Source: Candidatus Parcubacteria bacterium (lineage in GTDB: Bacteria; Patescibacteriota; Minisyncoccia; Phycocordibacterales; UBA918). Taken from it: a stretch of 64,000 nucleotides of DNA. Below the pieces are notes generated by a model. That model worked only from the letters and a program-made list of their open reading frames with translations. It had not been told where the DNA came from and did not search any database. Where the stretch lies: the NCBI GenBank assembly GCA_021731405.1, contig JAKFXN010000001.1:102343-166342 (forward strand). Reading direction: 5' to 3'. The position numbers were made by a program, and so were the translations under genes. Below, one piece after another: positions 1-10,868 of the stretch. Each line of letters starts with the position of its first letter. Within the stretch, counting starts at the first letter, position 1.

Positions 1-1
1 A

Positions 2-583
2 ACTGTCTCTACAAGACATGGTGTTGAGTTAGACATTCGCGGAGAAGGCAATCGCCTGCTCCTTAGTCATGATCCTATTACTGACAACCAACACTATGAT
101 GAACTTGAAGAATATTTAAAACATTACCAACATGCCGGGATTATCTTTAATCTCAAAGAAGCTGGTTATGAGACTCGAGTGCTTGAACTAGCTAAAAAAT
201 ATAATGTTTCTAATTATTTTCTTCTTGATGTTGAGTTCCCGTATCTCTATCGAGCTACTAGAAAAGATGGTGAACGCGCTATTGCCGTAAGGTACAGCGA
301 AGCTGAGCCTATTGAAGTGGTAGAAGCACAAATACTGCACGGGAAACCTCTTCTTGACTGGGTCTGGATAGATACCAATACCCGCTTACCGCTCAGTCCA
401 GAAATTATTGAAAAACTTTCCCCTTTCAAGACCTGTTTAGTGTGCCCCGAACGCTGGGGCAGGCCTGAAGATATTCTTGACTACGGCGCACGTATGGATG
501 AATTAGGATTTATGCCAACAGCCATCATGACGTCGCATACACATGCATCGACATGGGAAAAATGGGCTCAGAAAAACACATGA
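2..583 (+). CDS. Glycerophosphodiester phosphodiesterase (GDPD)-like protein, 5'-truncated by window edge
   Basis: Open frame runs from window start; HGVELDIRGEGNRLLLSHD resembles GDPD TIM-barrel motifs; stop TGA overlaps next ATG (ATGA). Confidence 0.35.
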   Translation, partial: TVSTRHGVELDIRGEGNRLLLSHDPITDNQHYDELEEYLKHYQHAGIIFNLKEAGYETRVLELAKKYNVSNYFLLDVEFPYLYRATRKDGERAIAVRYSEAEPIEVVEAQILHGKPLLDWVWIDTNTRLPLSPEIIEKLSPFKTCLVCPERWGRPEDILDYGARMDELGFMPTAIMTSHTHASTWEKWAQKNT

Positions 584-1464
584 AACTAGTGATACCAATG
601 ACAGGCACCGGCAACCGTTTTGTTCAGGCTGGTTATACGACTATTAAGCCTTTAATCATGGTTGAAGGTCGCCCACTCATAGCACATGTTCTTGATATGT
701 TCCCTGATGAGGAAGATGTACTTTTTATCTGTAATCAAGAGCACTTAGATACTACTAACTTGACTGAAGTACTCACCTCTCTAAAACCAACCGGTAAGAT
801 AGTAGCAGTCAAAGGAAAACAAAGAGGGCCAGTAGAAGCTCTCCTGCACGCGTTTAATCTGCTTGCAGATGATGAAGATGTCATGGTGAGTTATTGCGAT
901 TTTACACAAGTGTGGGACTACCCAGCGTTCAAAGAATCACTAAAAGCAAAGTCACTTAGTGGTGCCGTGCCTGCCTATACAGGCTTTCATCCACATCTAC
1001 TCCGAAAAAATGTGTACGCAGGAATTCGTGCTGATGAAAATCACATAATGCTCGCTATAAAAGAAAAGCACTGCTTTACAGATAACCCAGAAGACTCGTA
1101 TCATTCAAGTGGCGTGTATTACTTTAGTTCTGGTGCACTACTAAAAAAATATGCGACTGAACTCATTGCTACTAACCTGACGTTAAACGGCGAATACTAC
1201 GTAAGTATGATGTATCCATTACTTTTGCGGGACCAGCTTTTAGTCTCCGTTCCTCCCATTGCGACTTTTATGCAGTGGGGTACTCCCGAGGATTTAGAAG
1301 AGTATGAAGCCTGGTCGCGATTAATCCATGCTGAGCTAGGGTTAGAAAAACAAACTACCTATATACCTGAAGCACGGGAAAGTTTAGTAAAAATTCCATA
1401 CTCAGAAAGTTCTCCTGAATTTAAAAAAAGTCACCAGTATTGGACTAATTATTTTAAGAAATAA
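580..1464 (+). CDS. Sugar/alcohol-phosphate nucleotidyltransferase (LicC/CTP-transferase-like)
   Basis: MKLVIPMTGTGNRF N-terminal nucleotidyltransferase G-x-G-x-R motif; start chosen at ATG overlapping upstream stop. Confidence 0.6.
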   Translation: MKLVIPMTGTGNRFVQAGYTTIKPLIMVEGRPLIAHVLDMFPDEEDVLFICNQEHLDTTNLTEVLTSLKPTGKIVAVKGKQRGPVEALLHAFNLLADDEDVMVSYCDFTQVWDYPAFKESLKAKSLSGAVPAYTGFHPHLLRKNVYAGIRADENHIMLAIKEKHCFTDNPEDSYHSSGVYYFSSGALLKKYATELIATNLTLNGEYYVSMMYPLLLRDQLLVSVPPIATFMQWGTPEDLEEYEAWSRLIHAELGLEKQTTYIPEARESLVKIPYSESSPEFKKSHQYWTNYFKK

Positions 1465-1468
1465 CAGT

Positions 1469-2269
1469 ATGATAAATATCATTCCCATGGCAGGCCTTGG
1501 TTCCCGATTTTCACAAGAAGGATATTTGCTTCCTAAACCACTCATTCCAGTATCTGGCTTACCAATGATTTCACAAGTCATCCGCCACCTCCCCACAGCG
1601 GCAGAGACTGTTTTTATCGTACGAGATGAACATATCAGTGAATACGCGATTGATAAAGTGATAAAAAAAGAAAGCCCCAATGCTCGTATTATTGGTCTCT
1701 CTAAAACCACTGACGGACAAGCTACCACCTGCCTCCTCGGACTGGAAGGAGTACCTGACGATGAAGAAGTTTTTATCAGCGCTTGCGATAACAGTTTTCT
1801 TTTTGACGACTCAAAGTTTGCTACCCTACGCGCTGACCCAAGTATCGACTGTATCGTATGGACCTTCACGAAAGACGAACTCCTAACTGCAAAACCAACT
1901 GCTTGGGGCTGGGTTAAACTTGCTGAAGACGGAAAAACAATCGCTAACATGTCAGTTAAAGTACCTGTTTCAGATACCCCATTTAATGATCATGCTGTTG
2001 TTGCCACATTTTGGTTTCGTCGAGCTACAGATTTTAAAGCAGCCTACGCCAAAATGGTCGAGGAAGACTACCGCATCAATAATGAATTCTACGTGGATTC
2101 AATGCCAATTTTTATGAAAAAGATTGGAAAAAAGAGTGTCATCTTTCCAGTTGACCTGTATGTCAGTTGGGGGAAACCAGCAGACCTACACCTCTATGAC
2201 CTTAGAGAATATGAACACTCCATTAGTCATGACAAGAATGAGGTGTGGCGAAAATTCTTTGCGAAGTAA
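1469..2269 (+). CDS. Nucleotidyltransferase paralog (LicC-like)
   Basis: MINIIPMAGLGSRF...KPLIPV; tandem paralog of preceding gene. Confidence 0.6.
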   Translation: MINIIPMAGLGSRFSQEGYLLPKPLIPVSGLPMISQVIRHLPTAAETVFIVRDEHISEYAIDKVIKKESPNARIIGLSKTTDGQATTCLLGLEGVPDDEEVFISACDNSFLFDDSKFATLRADPSIDCIVWTFTKDELLTAKPTAWGWVKLAEDGKTIANMSVKVPVSDTPFNDHAVVATFWFRRATDFKAAYAKMVEEDYRINNEFYVDSMPIFMKKIGKKSVIFPVDLYVSWGKPADLHLYDLREYEHSISHDKNEVWRKFFAK

Positions 2270-2330
2270 CCTGCCATTAAAAAAGCCCCTTCCCACTTAG
2301 TGGTTGGGGCTTTTGGTGAACTGACGACAA

Positions 2331-2966
2331 CTAGGTCGTCAGCAGGTCGTACGTCGTTCCGACAAAGGTGCCTCCGGAGACAAACTCCATCGGACGCCTT
2401 TGCAGCACAGCATTCCAGTCTCTGACCAGAGCCGTAAGCTTCATTGCGGCCGCAATGGAATACTCGAAGCGTTGAATACGAGCCACGGTGGAATGAAAGA
2501 CAGGCAATGGTTTGGGTACCCCTCCATACTCAATCATCACCTGGCTTGCCCATCCCCGCCACTCTGAAACTTCGCGCGGCACTCCTTCGTTCATGAACAT
2601 GATGTTTCCACCAGCGTCCAGCACTAGACGATCAAAGGTCAACAAGTTGCCGTTGATATTGATGTAGCCGTCTCTGGACTTTAGTTCGTCTTTTGCTTCA
2701 TGTCCCCCCACAGCAACCTGAATTGTCGCATGCAACGGAAAGTCACGCCAAGCCATGAAGAACGAAAAATCTCCTGCTTCAAGACGACCAAGCTCTCCTA
2801 GGAGTGCTGGTAGCCCAGCATTGAAATCCCTCAACTTCACTGCCACAATTATGTCATTGCGCAGGACTTCGCTCACCCCAGCAAAGAGTGGGATGGTCCC
2901 ATCTTGCAGCTTCTCCACGCCAGCCTGGTGACTAGCGTCGTAACGGGTTTGAAAAAATGATTTCAA
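2331..2966 (-). CDS. Hypothetical protein
   Basis: 211-aa ORF convergent with nucleotidyltransferases; no motif recognised; hairpin terminators at 2285-2343. Confidence 0.3.
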   Translation of the reverse strand: MKSFFQTRYDASHQAGVEKLQDGTIPLFAGVSEVLRNDIIVAVKLRDFNAGLPALLGELGRLEAGDFSFFMAWRDFPLHATIQVAVGGHEAKDELKSRDGYININGNLLTFDRLVLDAGGNIMFMNEGVPREVSEWRGWASQVMIEYGGVPKPLPVFHSTVARIQRFEYSIAAAMKLTALVRDWNAVLQRRPMEFVSGGTFVGTTYDLLTT

Positions 2967-3075
2967 AGGATTCTCCTTCAGAATGAGGTTGGTGAAACAA
3001 TTCTATTTTCATTAGAACATATTTTTTCGTATTTGTATATAAGCCCCAAAACGCGGTATACTGGACCCACCTTTT

Positions 3076-3489
3076 ATGCTAACGCGACTTAAAACCCTCT
3101 TACTTCATCTCTGTACAAAAAACTTTGTATTGTTTTTTTGCATTGGTGTAACTACTGCTCTTCTTGACTATGCTATATATGTATTCCTTCTGTCGCATAC
3201 ATGGCCTATGCTGTTGGCAAAGCCGTTTGCTTCAGCTCTAGCGGTAGTATTCAACTACCTACTCAATGCTCAGTTCAATTTTGGCAGAGCACACAGTATG
3301 AGTCTAAAGCATCTTAGTTTTTACGGCCTCCTATATGTTGTCCTTATTCTGATCCATACATTTATCAACCAAGGATTGTTTATATTCTTAAACAATGTCA
3401 CTATAGCTGTGTTCGGTGCCTTGTGTGTTTCTACCTTTGTAAACTATGTTGGCGTCAAAAAGTTTTTCGACCGCTTCCGTAACCAATAA
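3076..3489 (+). CDS. GtrA-family polysaccharide-synthesis membrane protein
   Basis: 137 aa, 4 predicted TM helices, GtrA-like FNFG/YVGVKKFF motifs. Confidence 0.7.
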   Translation: MLTRLKTLLLHLCTKNFVLFFCIGVTTALLDYAIYVFLLSHTWPMLLAKPFASALAVVFNYLLNAQFNFGRAHSMSLKHLSFYGLLYVVLILIHTFINQGLFIFLNNVTIAVFGALCVSTFVNYVGVKKFFDRFRNQ

Positions 3490-3501
3490 TTCATTAATCT
3501 T

Positions 3502-4197
3502 ATGTTATTTGAACTCGCAAAAAAGTTTGCCTTTATTCAAAATATAGTAGTTAACCTACAAACATCTCTCCACCCTTCCATCATGCACAATCTTGGTAAG
3601 ATTGAAGTGATAAAAAAGGCAATGTGGCACAGTGAACTTGAAGGTCTCACTGGTGATTACTTTGAGTTTGGAATTTACGAAGGCACCTCTCTCTACGCTG
3701 CAGTCAAAGCACATAAAAAAATAAAGAGTTCATTCAAGCGAAATTTCTACGGCTTTGATTCTTTTGATGATGGTTTCAAGTACTTTGATGAACGAGATAA
3801 GCACCCATACTTTAAGGAAGGTGATTTTGTGAGTTCTTATGAAAAGACAAAAAAAAGATTTGCGGCTTTTCCGAACGTAAAACTCATCAAGGGCTATTTT
3901 GAAGAAACAACTACCGCTCCTGAAGCAAAAAACATATACGGGAATAATAAGTGTGCCATTGTTTTTATTGACTGTGACTTAATGCATCCATCCATTGTTG
4001 CCCTAGAGTATGTTAAACCTATTCTGCAAGCAGGGTCAATTATTATTCTTGACGACTACTTTGCCTACAAAGGAGACGAAAATCTAGGTACCGCCGGAGC
4101 TTTACGTACATTCCTTCAAACTAATCCGACTATTTCAGTGAGAGAATTCTCAGACTACGGATATGGGGGCAAGTCTTTTGTAGTAACAAAAGTGTAA
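3502..4197 (+). CDS. Macrocin-O-methyltransferase (TylF)-family SAM methyltransferase
   Basis: GDYFEFGIYEGTSL and FIDCDLMHPS motifs typical of TylF class I MTases. Confidence 0.7.
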   Translation: MLFELAKKFAFIQNIVVNLQTSLHPSIMHNLGKIEVIKKAMWHSELEGLTGDYFEFGIYEGTSLYAAVKAHKKIKSSFKRNFYGFDSFDDGFKYFDERDKHPYFKEGDFVSSYEKTKKRFAAFPNVKLIKGYFEETTTAPEAKNIYGNNKCAIVFIDCDLMHPSIVALEYVKPILQAGSIIILDDYFAYKGDENLGTAGALRTFLQTNPTISVREFSDYGYGGKSFVVTKV

Positions 4198-4207
4198 GAC
4201 ACATCCT

Positions 4208-4921
4208 ATGAAACTCTCAGTAGTAATCCCTTGCTATAACGAGTCAGACAACTTAGCAAAACTGTTGACGGCGTACGATCAAGTTATCGTTCGTACAGAC
4301 ATTGAAATTATCTTAGTCAACAATGGATCAACTGACCAGACAAGTACCCAACTTGAGCAACTTGCCGCGAGCTATGCTCGCTTCTTACGGGTCGTGACAG
4401 TACCAGTAAATCAAGGGTACGGATTTGGCATTCTCGAAGGCCTTAAGATTGCTCAAGGTGAATTTATTGGCTGGACTCACGGAGACCTTCAGACCCCACC
4501 AGGCGATATAATAAGCGCTCTACAAATCCTCGAGCAACATAATTTCAGCGAACAATTTTACATCAAAGGTAATCGTCAGGGTCGTCCGCTTTTCGACAGA
4601 TTTTTTACCGGCGGCATGAGTCTTTTTGAGACACTATATTTTGGCGTAAAAATGCACGATATCAACGCCCAGCCCAATATCTTTCATAAGAATTTTTATG
4701 CCACGTGGCAAAGTCCGCCTCATGACTTTGCGTTTGATTTATTTGTTTTATACTCAGCCACAAAAGCTAACCTGCGTGTCATTCGCTTTCCCGTACAATT
4801 TCCAGAGCGCCAACACGGCACTTCCAAGTGGAATACCGGCCTACTTGCAAAGTGGAAGTTTATTAAACGCACAGTTACGTTTAGTAAAAGCTTAAAATAT
4901 TCACTTATACAGAAGGACTAG
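4208..4921 (+). CDS. GT2 glycosyltransferase (DPM1/GtrB-like polyprenyl-phosphate sugar synthase)
   Basis: MKLSVVIPCYNESDNL...VNNGSTD GT-A N-terminus. Confidence 0.75.
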   Translation: MKLSVVIPCYNESDNLAKLLTAYDQVIVRTDIEIILVNNGSTDQTSTQLEQLAASYARFLRVVTVPVNQGYGFGILEGLKIAQGEFIGWTHGDLQTPPGDIISALQILEQHNFSEQFYIKGNRQGRPLFDRFFTGGMSLFETLYFGVKMHDINAQPNIFHKNFYATWQSPPHDFAFDLFVLYSATKANLRVIRFPVQFPERQHGTSKWNTGLLAKWKFIKRTVTFSKSLKYSLIQKD

Positions 4922-4927
4922 TGTGTT

Positions 4928-6778
4928 TTACATTCCACTACGCGTTGTGCTTGGTCCAAGAAGTAAGTCAAAGCGCTCTTGTATACTCAAAACGTCTGCT
5001 TCTTCCGTTGGTACTCCAACACCGAGCGAGTCATAGCGCATAAAATCTATACTCGGGAGTACAAAGTTACCCAATATACCAACAATAAAGAAATCTATGA
5101 GTACTGGCAGAACAGCTATGAAGACAATGGTTTTCGCCGCAATACGCTGAAGCTTGTTGCCCTGTTCACTTTTAACTGCCAGTACTACTCCGAGTAAGAA
5201 TAATGATAGCGAAACTCCTGGGGCAAAAAATCGTGATAATTCTCCGTACTGACCATACACAAATATGATTGAAGAGATTACCCATCCACTCATAAACAAT
5301 GATAGAGCTATTGCATATACATTTTTGAATTGATTAGGTAAAACAAATATCTTTTTACGCAACAACCAGAAACCGAGCGCAAAACCGAGCAGTGGAAGGA
5401 TAACGAGTTGTACAGAACGAACGAGTCTGACAAATTTCCACAAAATTTCGTTTTCTTTTAAATCTTTAATGAATCTTAGAAGCTCTGTATATTTTGTTGG
5501 TTCGGTAACAGCATCCATTGTCAGTGCTGGGTCGTATATAATAGGCTTATTCTGATTCAAAGGACTTACTGTTTCTTGCTGCGTTTGTTCAATTGGTGTA
5601 TTACTCACCTCCTTCCAAAGATAAACCATTTTCATTGGGGCATAAAACTCTGCTTCTACGGTTCGAAACCACCGCAACTCAATAGCTGGCTTATCAGCCT
5701 GATCAGCTACTGACTTAACACCAGGTATTCCACTTTCCGGAGCCTTAAAAGCAAAGATACCTCCGACAGCTAAGGTGCTGAAAATAATCGTCACAACCAC
5801 TAGCAGAAGTCCCACACAAAAATGGCGCCAGGTTTTTTTGTAGGTACCTTGTAACAAGAAAGAGAGTATTGCTAAACATATAAAAATAAGACTAAAATGC
5901 CCTCCGTTCATTACCCAAGAAAAAACAAGCAGGGTAAGTGCAGATAATCTCATCCAGTCAAATCCTTTTTGTAACGACTGCCAGAAAATAAAGCTTGCTA
6001 ACAATAGACTTGCTAAGCCAATAACAACTTCATAATTATGCGAAAGCAAAATAGCGTGACTAGAATCAGTCACACTAATATAGCGGTACGAAACAGCGGT
6101 ATTACCAAGCAACACCAAAGAGGTGGGAAATAACGCCGCTCGAGGCTTCAGCCAAATGCGGGCCAGTCCCCAGACAAAAAGAGATGAAAATATGAGTACA
6201 ATACTATGCCATACAATAAGAGAGAGCTGTGGCATGTTTATGCCAAGTACGTGTGGTATAGCAGCGAGTAATGCTTGTCCACTGTTTTGATTAATGAGGG
6301 GAAGAGAATCGGCCGCCACGATAGCATTAGATAGGTTCTCCGCTCTGAAACTGTGGTTTACTGCACCGAATCCGTACGAGTATGGGGCAGTTGTAGGGTC
6401 AAGCACAATTCGTGGTAATGGAGAAAGTGCATGTGCAAGATTTAATAATGCAAACAAACAGCTTCCAGCACTAATGATTATTAAGTAACGTTTATGCCGG
6501 TTCCAATTTATCTCTGTTGAAAATACGGGGACGCAAATGGCAACTAAGCAGACTGTGAGTAAGATGAGCGCTACTTTAATACCAAAAATTGTTTGCAGTA
6601 AAGCCCATATAGCTTGAAAGCCAGATGTGCCCAGAAAAAAAGAAGCTGCTAGGGTGAAAGATGGATTGCTTCCTAATAATAGTCCAATCTTGCGCCACAA
6701 CACATATCCTGCTCCAGTAAACAAAACTGAGTATACACAAATACATAGTACTAGTATCGCCGCAGTCAGAAAAGTCAT
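4928..6778 (-). CDS. Polytopic membrane protein, putative GT-C-type glycosyltransferase/polymerase (YfhO/GtrC-like)
   Basis: 616 aa with >12 hydrophobic segments; sits with GtrA and GT2 as a three-component glycosylation module. Confidence 0.4.
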   Translation of the reverse strand: MTFLTAAILVLCICVYSVLFTGAGYVLWRKIGLLLGSNPSFTLAASFFLGTSGFQAIWALLQTIFGIKVALILLTVCLVAICVPVFSTEINWNRHKRYLIIISAGSCLFALLNLAHALSPLPRIVLDPTTAPYSYGFGAVNHSFRAENLSNAIVAADSLPLINQNSGQALLAAIPHVLGINMPQLSLIVWHSIVLIFSSLFVWGLARIWLKPRAALFPTSLVLLGNTAVSYRYISVTDSSHAILLSHNYEVVIGLASLLLASFIFWQSLQKGFDWMRLSALTLLVFSWVMNGGHFSLIFICLAILSFLLQGTYKKTWRHFCVGLLLVVVTIIFSTLAVGGIFAFKAPESGIPGVKSVADQADKPAIELRWFRTVEAEFYAPMKMVYLWKEVSNTPIEQTQQETVSPLNQNKPIIYDPALTMDAVTEPTKYTELLRFIKDLKENEILWKFVRLVRSVQLVILPLLGFALGFWLLRKKIFVLPNQFKNVYAIALSLFMSGWVISSIIFVYGQYGELSRFFAPGVSLSLFLLGVVLAVKSEQGNKLQRIAAKTIVFIAVLPVLIDFFIVGILGNFVLPSIDFMRYDSLGVGVPTEEADVLSIQERFDLLLGPSTTRSGM

Positions 6779-6834
6779 GTTTTTATAGTATACTGTACAA
6801 TGTTTTACGGCAACCTCACCGAAACTACTACTTT

Positions 6835-8142
6835 ATGAACCATAAAAACTGGCTATCTCGACTTCTGTACAGTATGTTACCTGCCTGGATATCGGACCGA
6901 TTCCTTGAGTACTGGCATAGCACAGGCATGAAAAGATATGCTAGCAACACTGGCTGGGCACTAGCCACAAGAGTCTTGAGTGTACTCATGTCATTTTTTG
7001 TGACGATTTATCTTGTTCGTTATTTAGGTCCAGAAAATTACGGAAACCTCAGTTATGCCATAAGTTTTGTAGGTATTTTTTCAGTTATTAGCACCCTTGG
7101 TATTGATAATGTGTTGTACCGAGAACTTATCATGTACCCGGAACGAAGAAATGAGTACCTTGGCTCTGCCTTAGTACTAAAGTTGACGGCTGGCATTGTT
7201 GCAAGTACAGCAACAGTGCTCGGTGCTTTTGTATTAGCAGCCGATGATGTGTCTAAAGTTATTATTCTGATTTTGGCTGGTACTTTTATTTTTAACGCCT
7301 TTAATGTTGTGGTGTATGAATTTCAAGCAAACGTTCAACAAAAATATCCTTCACTAGTCTCTTTGTGTGTAGTTTTTATCCTCAATCTTTTGAAGCTTTG
7401 GGTAATAGCAGCAGATCAAGGAATTCTATACATCGGTGCTATTCTACTACTAGAGTCTGTCCTATACGCAACACTTTTTGCGTATATACGACTACGCTAT
7501 TACGGATCCCTATTTTCGTGGCACTACAACCAAGCTACCGCCCTGTCTATACTCAGAGACTCATGGCCATTTATATTTATTGCACTCTTTGCATCTGTCT
7601 ACGCCCGCATTGATCAAATTATGCTAAAGCACCTTATCGACAGCACAGCTGTAGGTATATACGATGCGGCAGTTCGTATTGCTGAAGTATGGTTATTTAT
7701 ACCAGGTATTATTGTTTCCTCTCTCTTCCCCGCCATTGTAAACGCTAAACTCACAAGCCCTGTTGAATATAAAAAAAGACTCCTAACACTTACTGCCGCC
7801 TTAGTTGGAGTTGCAACCTTGCTTGCAATCGTTTCTTCTTTAGTTGCAAAACAACTCATGTTTGCACTTTATGGACCATCCTTTGTTGGCACAGCCGCTG
7901 TATTCTCCGTATATATTTGGTCTGGTGTTTTTGTCTCAGTAAGTATGGTGCTCCATTACTTTTTATTAGCTGAAAATCGCCGAAAAATTATCTTCTTTAG
8001 TTCACTGGCAACCATGGCCCTCAATGTAGTGCTAAATGTAATACTCATTCCGCCCTATGGGGTCATGGGAGCTGCTTCTGCAACACTTATCTCTTATGCA
8101 ATTTTGATCTTACCAGCTATTCTTATCCTAAGAATAAAGTAA
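6835..8142 (+). CDS. wzx: Wzx-type polysaccharide flippase (MOP superfamily)
   Basis: 435 aa, ~12 TM, N-terminal ATRVLSVLMSFFVTIYLVRYLGPENYGNLSY typical of O-unit flippases. Confidence 0.75.
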   Translation: MNHKNWLSRLLYSMLPAWISDRFLEYWHSTGMKRYASNTGWALATRVLSVLMSFFVTIYLVRYLGPENYGNLSYAISFVGIFSVISTLGIDNVLYRELIMYPERRNEYLGSALVLKLTAGIVASTATVLGAFVLAADDVSKVIILILAGTFIFNAFNVVVYEFQANVQQKYPSLVSLCVVFILNLLKLWVIAADQGILYIGAILLLESVLYATLFAYIRLRYYGSLFSWHYNQATALSILRDSWPFIFIALFASVYARIDQIMLKHLIDSTAVGIYDAAVRIAEVWLFIPGIIVSSLFPAIVNAKLTSPVEYKKRLLTLTAALVGVATLLAIVSSLVAKQLMFALYGPSFVGTAAVFSVYIWSGVFVSVSMVLHYFLLAENRRKIIFFSSLATMALNVVLNVILIPPYGVMGAASATLISYAILILPAILILRIK

Positions 8143-8143
8143 T

Positions 8144-9034
8144 ATGTCTACCCCAAAATACAGTATAGGTGTCGTCACCTACCACGCTAGATTTGAAACA
8201 TACTTCAAGCCCTTAATCGAAAAGATGGTACGTATTTTCCCCGATAAAGATATTATCTGCATTATCAATGGTCACCCAGATCGTACGCTTCAGATAGCAT
8301 ATTTGAAAAAAGTAGTTTCATTCCTGCAGCGTTTTCCAAACGTTCGTTACCTTACCTACGACACAAACCAGTCCCTCTCAAAATGCTGGAACCAACTGAT
8401 AATTTTATCAAACACCCCACAGACTCTTATTTTGAATGACGACACAAGCGTAAGTGATTTATTTCGATCTGAACTTGAAGAACACATAAAAAGAAACGAT
8501 ACCTTTACCCTAAATAAGAGTTGGAGTCACTTTGTTATTTCAAAAGACACTGTCAAAAAAGTTGGTTGGTTTGACGAACGCTTCCTAGGAGTAGGACAAG
8601 AAGATGGAGACTATGCTTATCGAATGACAATGAAACACATCAACACGATTAATGTGGAAAGTGTTGGTTTAAGAAATTTTGTAGGAGAACAAAAAAATCC
8701 CGGCTGGTCTAACATCTCGAAAACGACAAAAGATACTCGTTACGCTGATGTTAACAAAGACTTTTTTAACAAAAAATGGACGGTGCCTTGGAACTCTCCA
8801 GAGAACACTCATTTTGAGCATGTTTGTCAATTTAATGGACTAACCTCCCCGTTTACCTTAGTAAAAGGTATGGAGACTCCTCTGTTTTATGAATTCTCTG
8901 TACTTGATATAGAAGCTGATAGCTCAAAAACACTTGCGTACACACCCTCTATATTAAAGATACAGCTACAAAAAATTTATTATAATTTTGGTCGAATTGC
9001 CGCGCGACATCTACGTAAATTCAAGTTGAAATAA
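8144..9034 (+). CDS. GT-A fold glycosyltransferase-like protein
   Basis: FDERFLGVGQEDGDYAYR resembles the GT2/GT-A E-D-x-D...R C-terminal motif. Confidence 0.4.
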   Translation: MSTPKYSIGVVTYHARFETYFKPLIEKMVRIFPDKDIICIINGHPDRTLQIAYLKKVVSFLQRFPNVRYLTYDTNQSLSKCWNQLIILSNTPQTLILNDDTSVSDLFRSELEEHIKRNDTFTLNKSWSHFVISKDTVKKVGWFDERFLGVGQEDGDYAYRMTMKHINTINVESVGLRNFVGEQKNPGWSNISKTTKDTRYADVNKDFFNKKWTVPWNSPENTHFEHVCQFNGLTSPFTLVKGMETPLFYEFSVLDIEADSSKTLAYTPSILKIQLQKIYYNFGRIAARHLRKFKLK

Positions 9035-9038
9035 CTTG

Positions 9039-10054
9039 TTACATTAACTTCTCTTTCCAAGTTCGCGGTGTCATCTCATTATCAATTTCAAGATCAAGGT
9101 GATACAAAAAAGGTTTTGTTCCTCGTTCGCGAATATGCTTAATCATTTCCTGAAGACCTTCTTCGAGAGTAGTAGTTGTCTTGTACCCAATCAGCCGTCG
9201 AGCCTTATCAGCACTACAGGTTGCATGCCTAACTTCCTGTGGCCGTCCTGCCATATAGATCGGATCGAGCTTGAAATCAAGTAATCGAGCAACAGTCTGA
9301 GCTAGTGTATTGATAGTGACGAACTCTTCGTCTGGTCCAATATTAATAATTTCCCCCACCACATCAGGACTTTCGCCCAGCTTCATCAGCGGCAAAACCA
9401 CATCTTCCACAAAAGAAAAACAACGCTTTTGTTCGCCATCCCCATAGATAAACGGTTGTCGACCTTGAAGCATGAGGTTAATCATAATTGAAGCTACATT
9501 ACGATATGGATCGTCGTATTTTTGTCGAGCTCCGATTATATTGTGTGGTACAGCAATAACATACTCCATACCATGGACAGAACAAATGTTCTTTACCTGC
9601 AACTCTGCGGCGTATTTAGCAATACCATAAGGATCTTGTGGGAGAGGAGTCATGTCTTCAGTAAATGGCACTACTTCTTGTGTTCCGTAACGAGCCATTG
9701 AAGAGCAGTGGACAAAACGTTTTACTTTATTTGTAACTGCAGCACTGAGAAGTGAGGTGGTGATACCATACACGTTCTGTGACACAAGATGTGGCGAGAA
9801 TACTGAAAGACCTTCGTAGGCAGTAGCGGCGCAGTGATAAATGACATCAACACCCTTAAGGAGCGGTACTAGCTCAGCCCGATCAATTAAATCAATTTGA
9901 TGAAACTCAACTTTTGGATTTACGTTATCAAGATAACCGCCAATAAGGTTGTCTACTCCAATCACTCGGTGACCTTTTTCTATTAGCGCATCTGCAACGT
10001 GACTACCTAAAAAGCCTGCCACTCCTGAAATAAAGAATGTTTTTTGATTCATGG
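9039..10054 (-). CDS. NAD-dependent nucleotide-sugar epimerase/dehydratase
   Basis: FFISGVAGFLGSHVADALIEKGHRVIGVDNL Rossmann GxxGxxG; extended SDR family. Confidence 0.8.
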
Positions 10055-10111
10055 CAATTATCATAACATAGTGGCCAATTTGTGATAAAGTAGGAGCAAT
10101 AGACATTTTGT

Positions 10112-10846
10112 ATGCCAGCTATTTCTATTACGACCTCCATGTACAAGACTGAAGCTCATTTGCCAAAATGGATTTCTCGTGTTTTAGCTTTCGCCCAAGA
10201 AGCCACCGAGATTGAACTTGATTTCGAAATAAACGCCATCGCCAACGACCCGACAGAGCGTGAGCTTGAACTTCTGCAACAACTAACGCCATATCACTGG
10301 TTCCATTTGTACAAAGTCCCACGTGAACCGATTTATGCTTCATGGAATAGAGGGGTGTCTGCAGCAAAAGCCGACGTCTGTACCTCATGGAATGTAGATG
10401 ACATAAGAAACGCCCGAGCAATGCGAAGAGGTCTCAAACTACTTGAGCAAAACGACTTAAAAAAAGAGCGAGGTATAATAGTGTACTTTCCGTTTGTATA
10501 TAAGCGATATATCAATATCCTAAATTGTGATATTTTAGTTAAACGAATGGTAGTGAACCCACCAGTATTTACAAAAGAAGAATTTATACGATCAATGCAT
10601 ATTGGGCCATTCTTTTTGTTTACTAAATCAACCTATCAAAAAATTGGTGCTTTCGACGAAAAATATTCGATTGTAGGCGACTACGAATGGCAAGCCCGTG
10701 CGGCATCAAAAGGCGTGCACTTTTTGAAATCAGATGAGATTTCTGGTGTGTTTAAAAATAACGGAAAAACATTAAGCGGAAGCCGGTCAACTAAACACAT
10801 GGTGGAGCTTGAGGATGTATTAAAAAATTATAAGACTCTAGTTTAA
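10112..10846 (+). CDS. Hypothetical GT-A-like glycosyltransferase
   Basis: FDEKYSIVGDYEWQAR motif parallels the 8144 gene; weak. Confidence 0.3.
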   Translation: MPAISITTSMYKTEAHLPKWISRVLAFAQEATEIELDFEINAIANDPTERELELLQQLTPYHWFHLYKVPREPIYASWNRGVSAAKADVCTSWNVDDIRNARAMRRGLKLLEQNDLKKERGIIVYFPFVYKRYINILNCDILVKRMVVNPPVFTKEEFIRSMHIGPFFLFTKSTYQKIGAFDEKYSIVGDYEWQARAASKGVHFLKSDEISGVFKNNGKTLSGSRSTKHMVELEDVLKNYKTLV

Positions 10847-10868
10847 ACGAGGGCGCACATATTCAAAT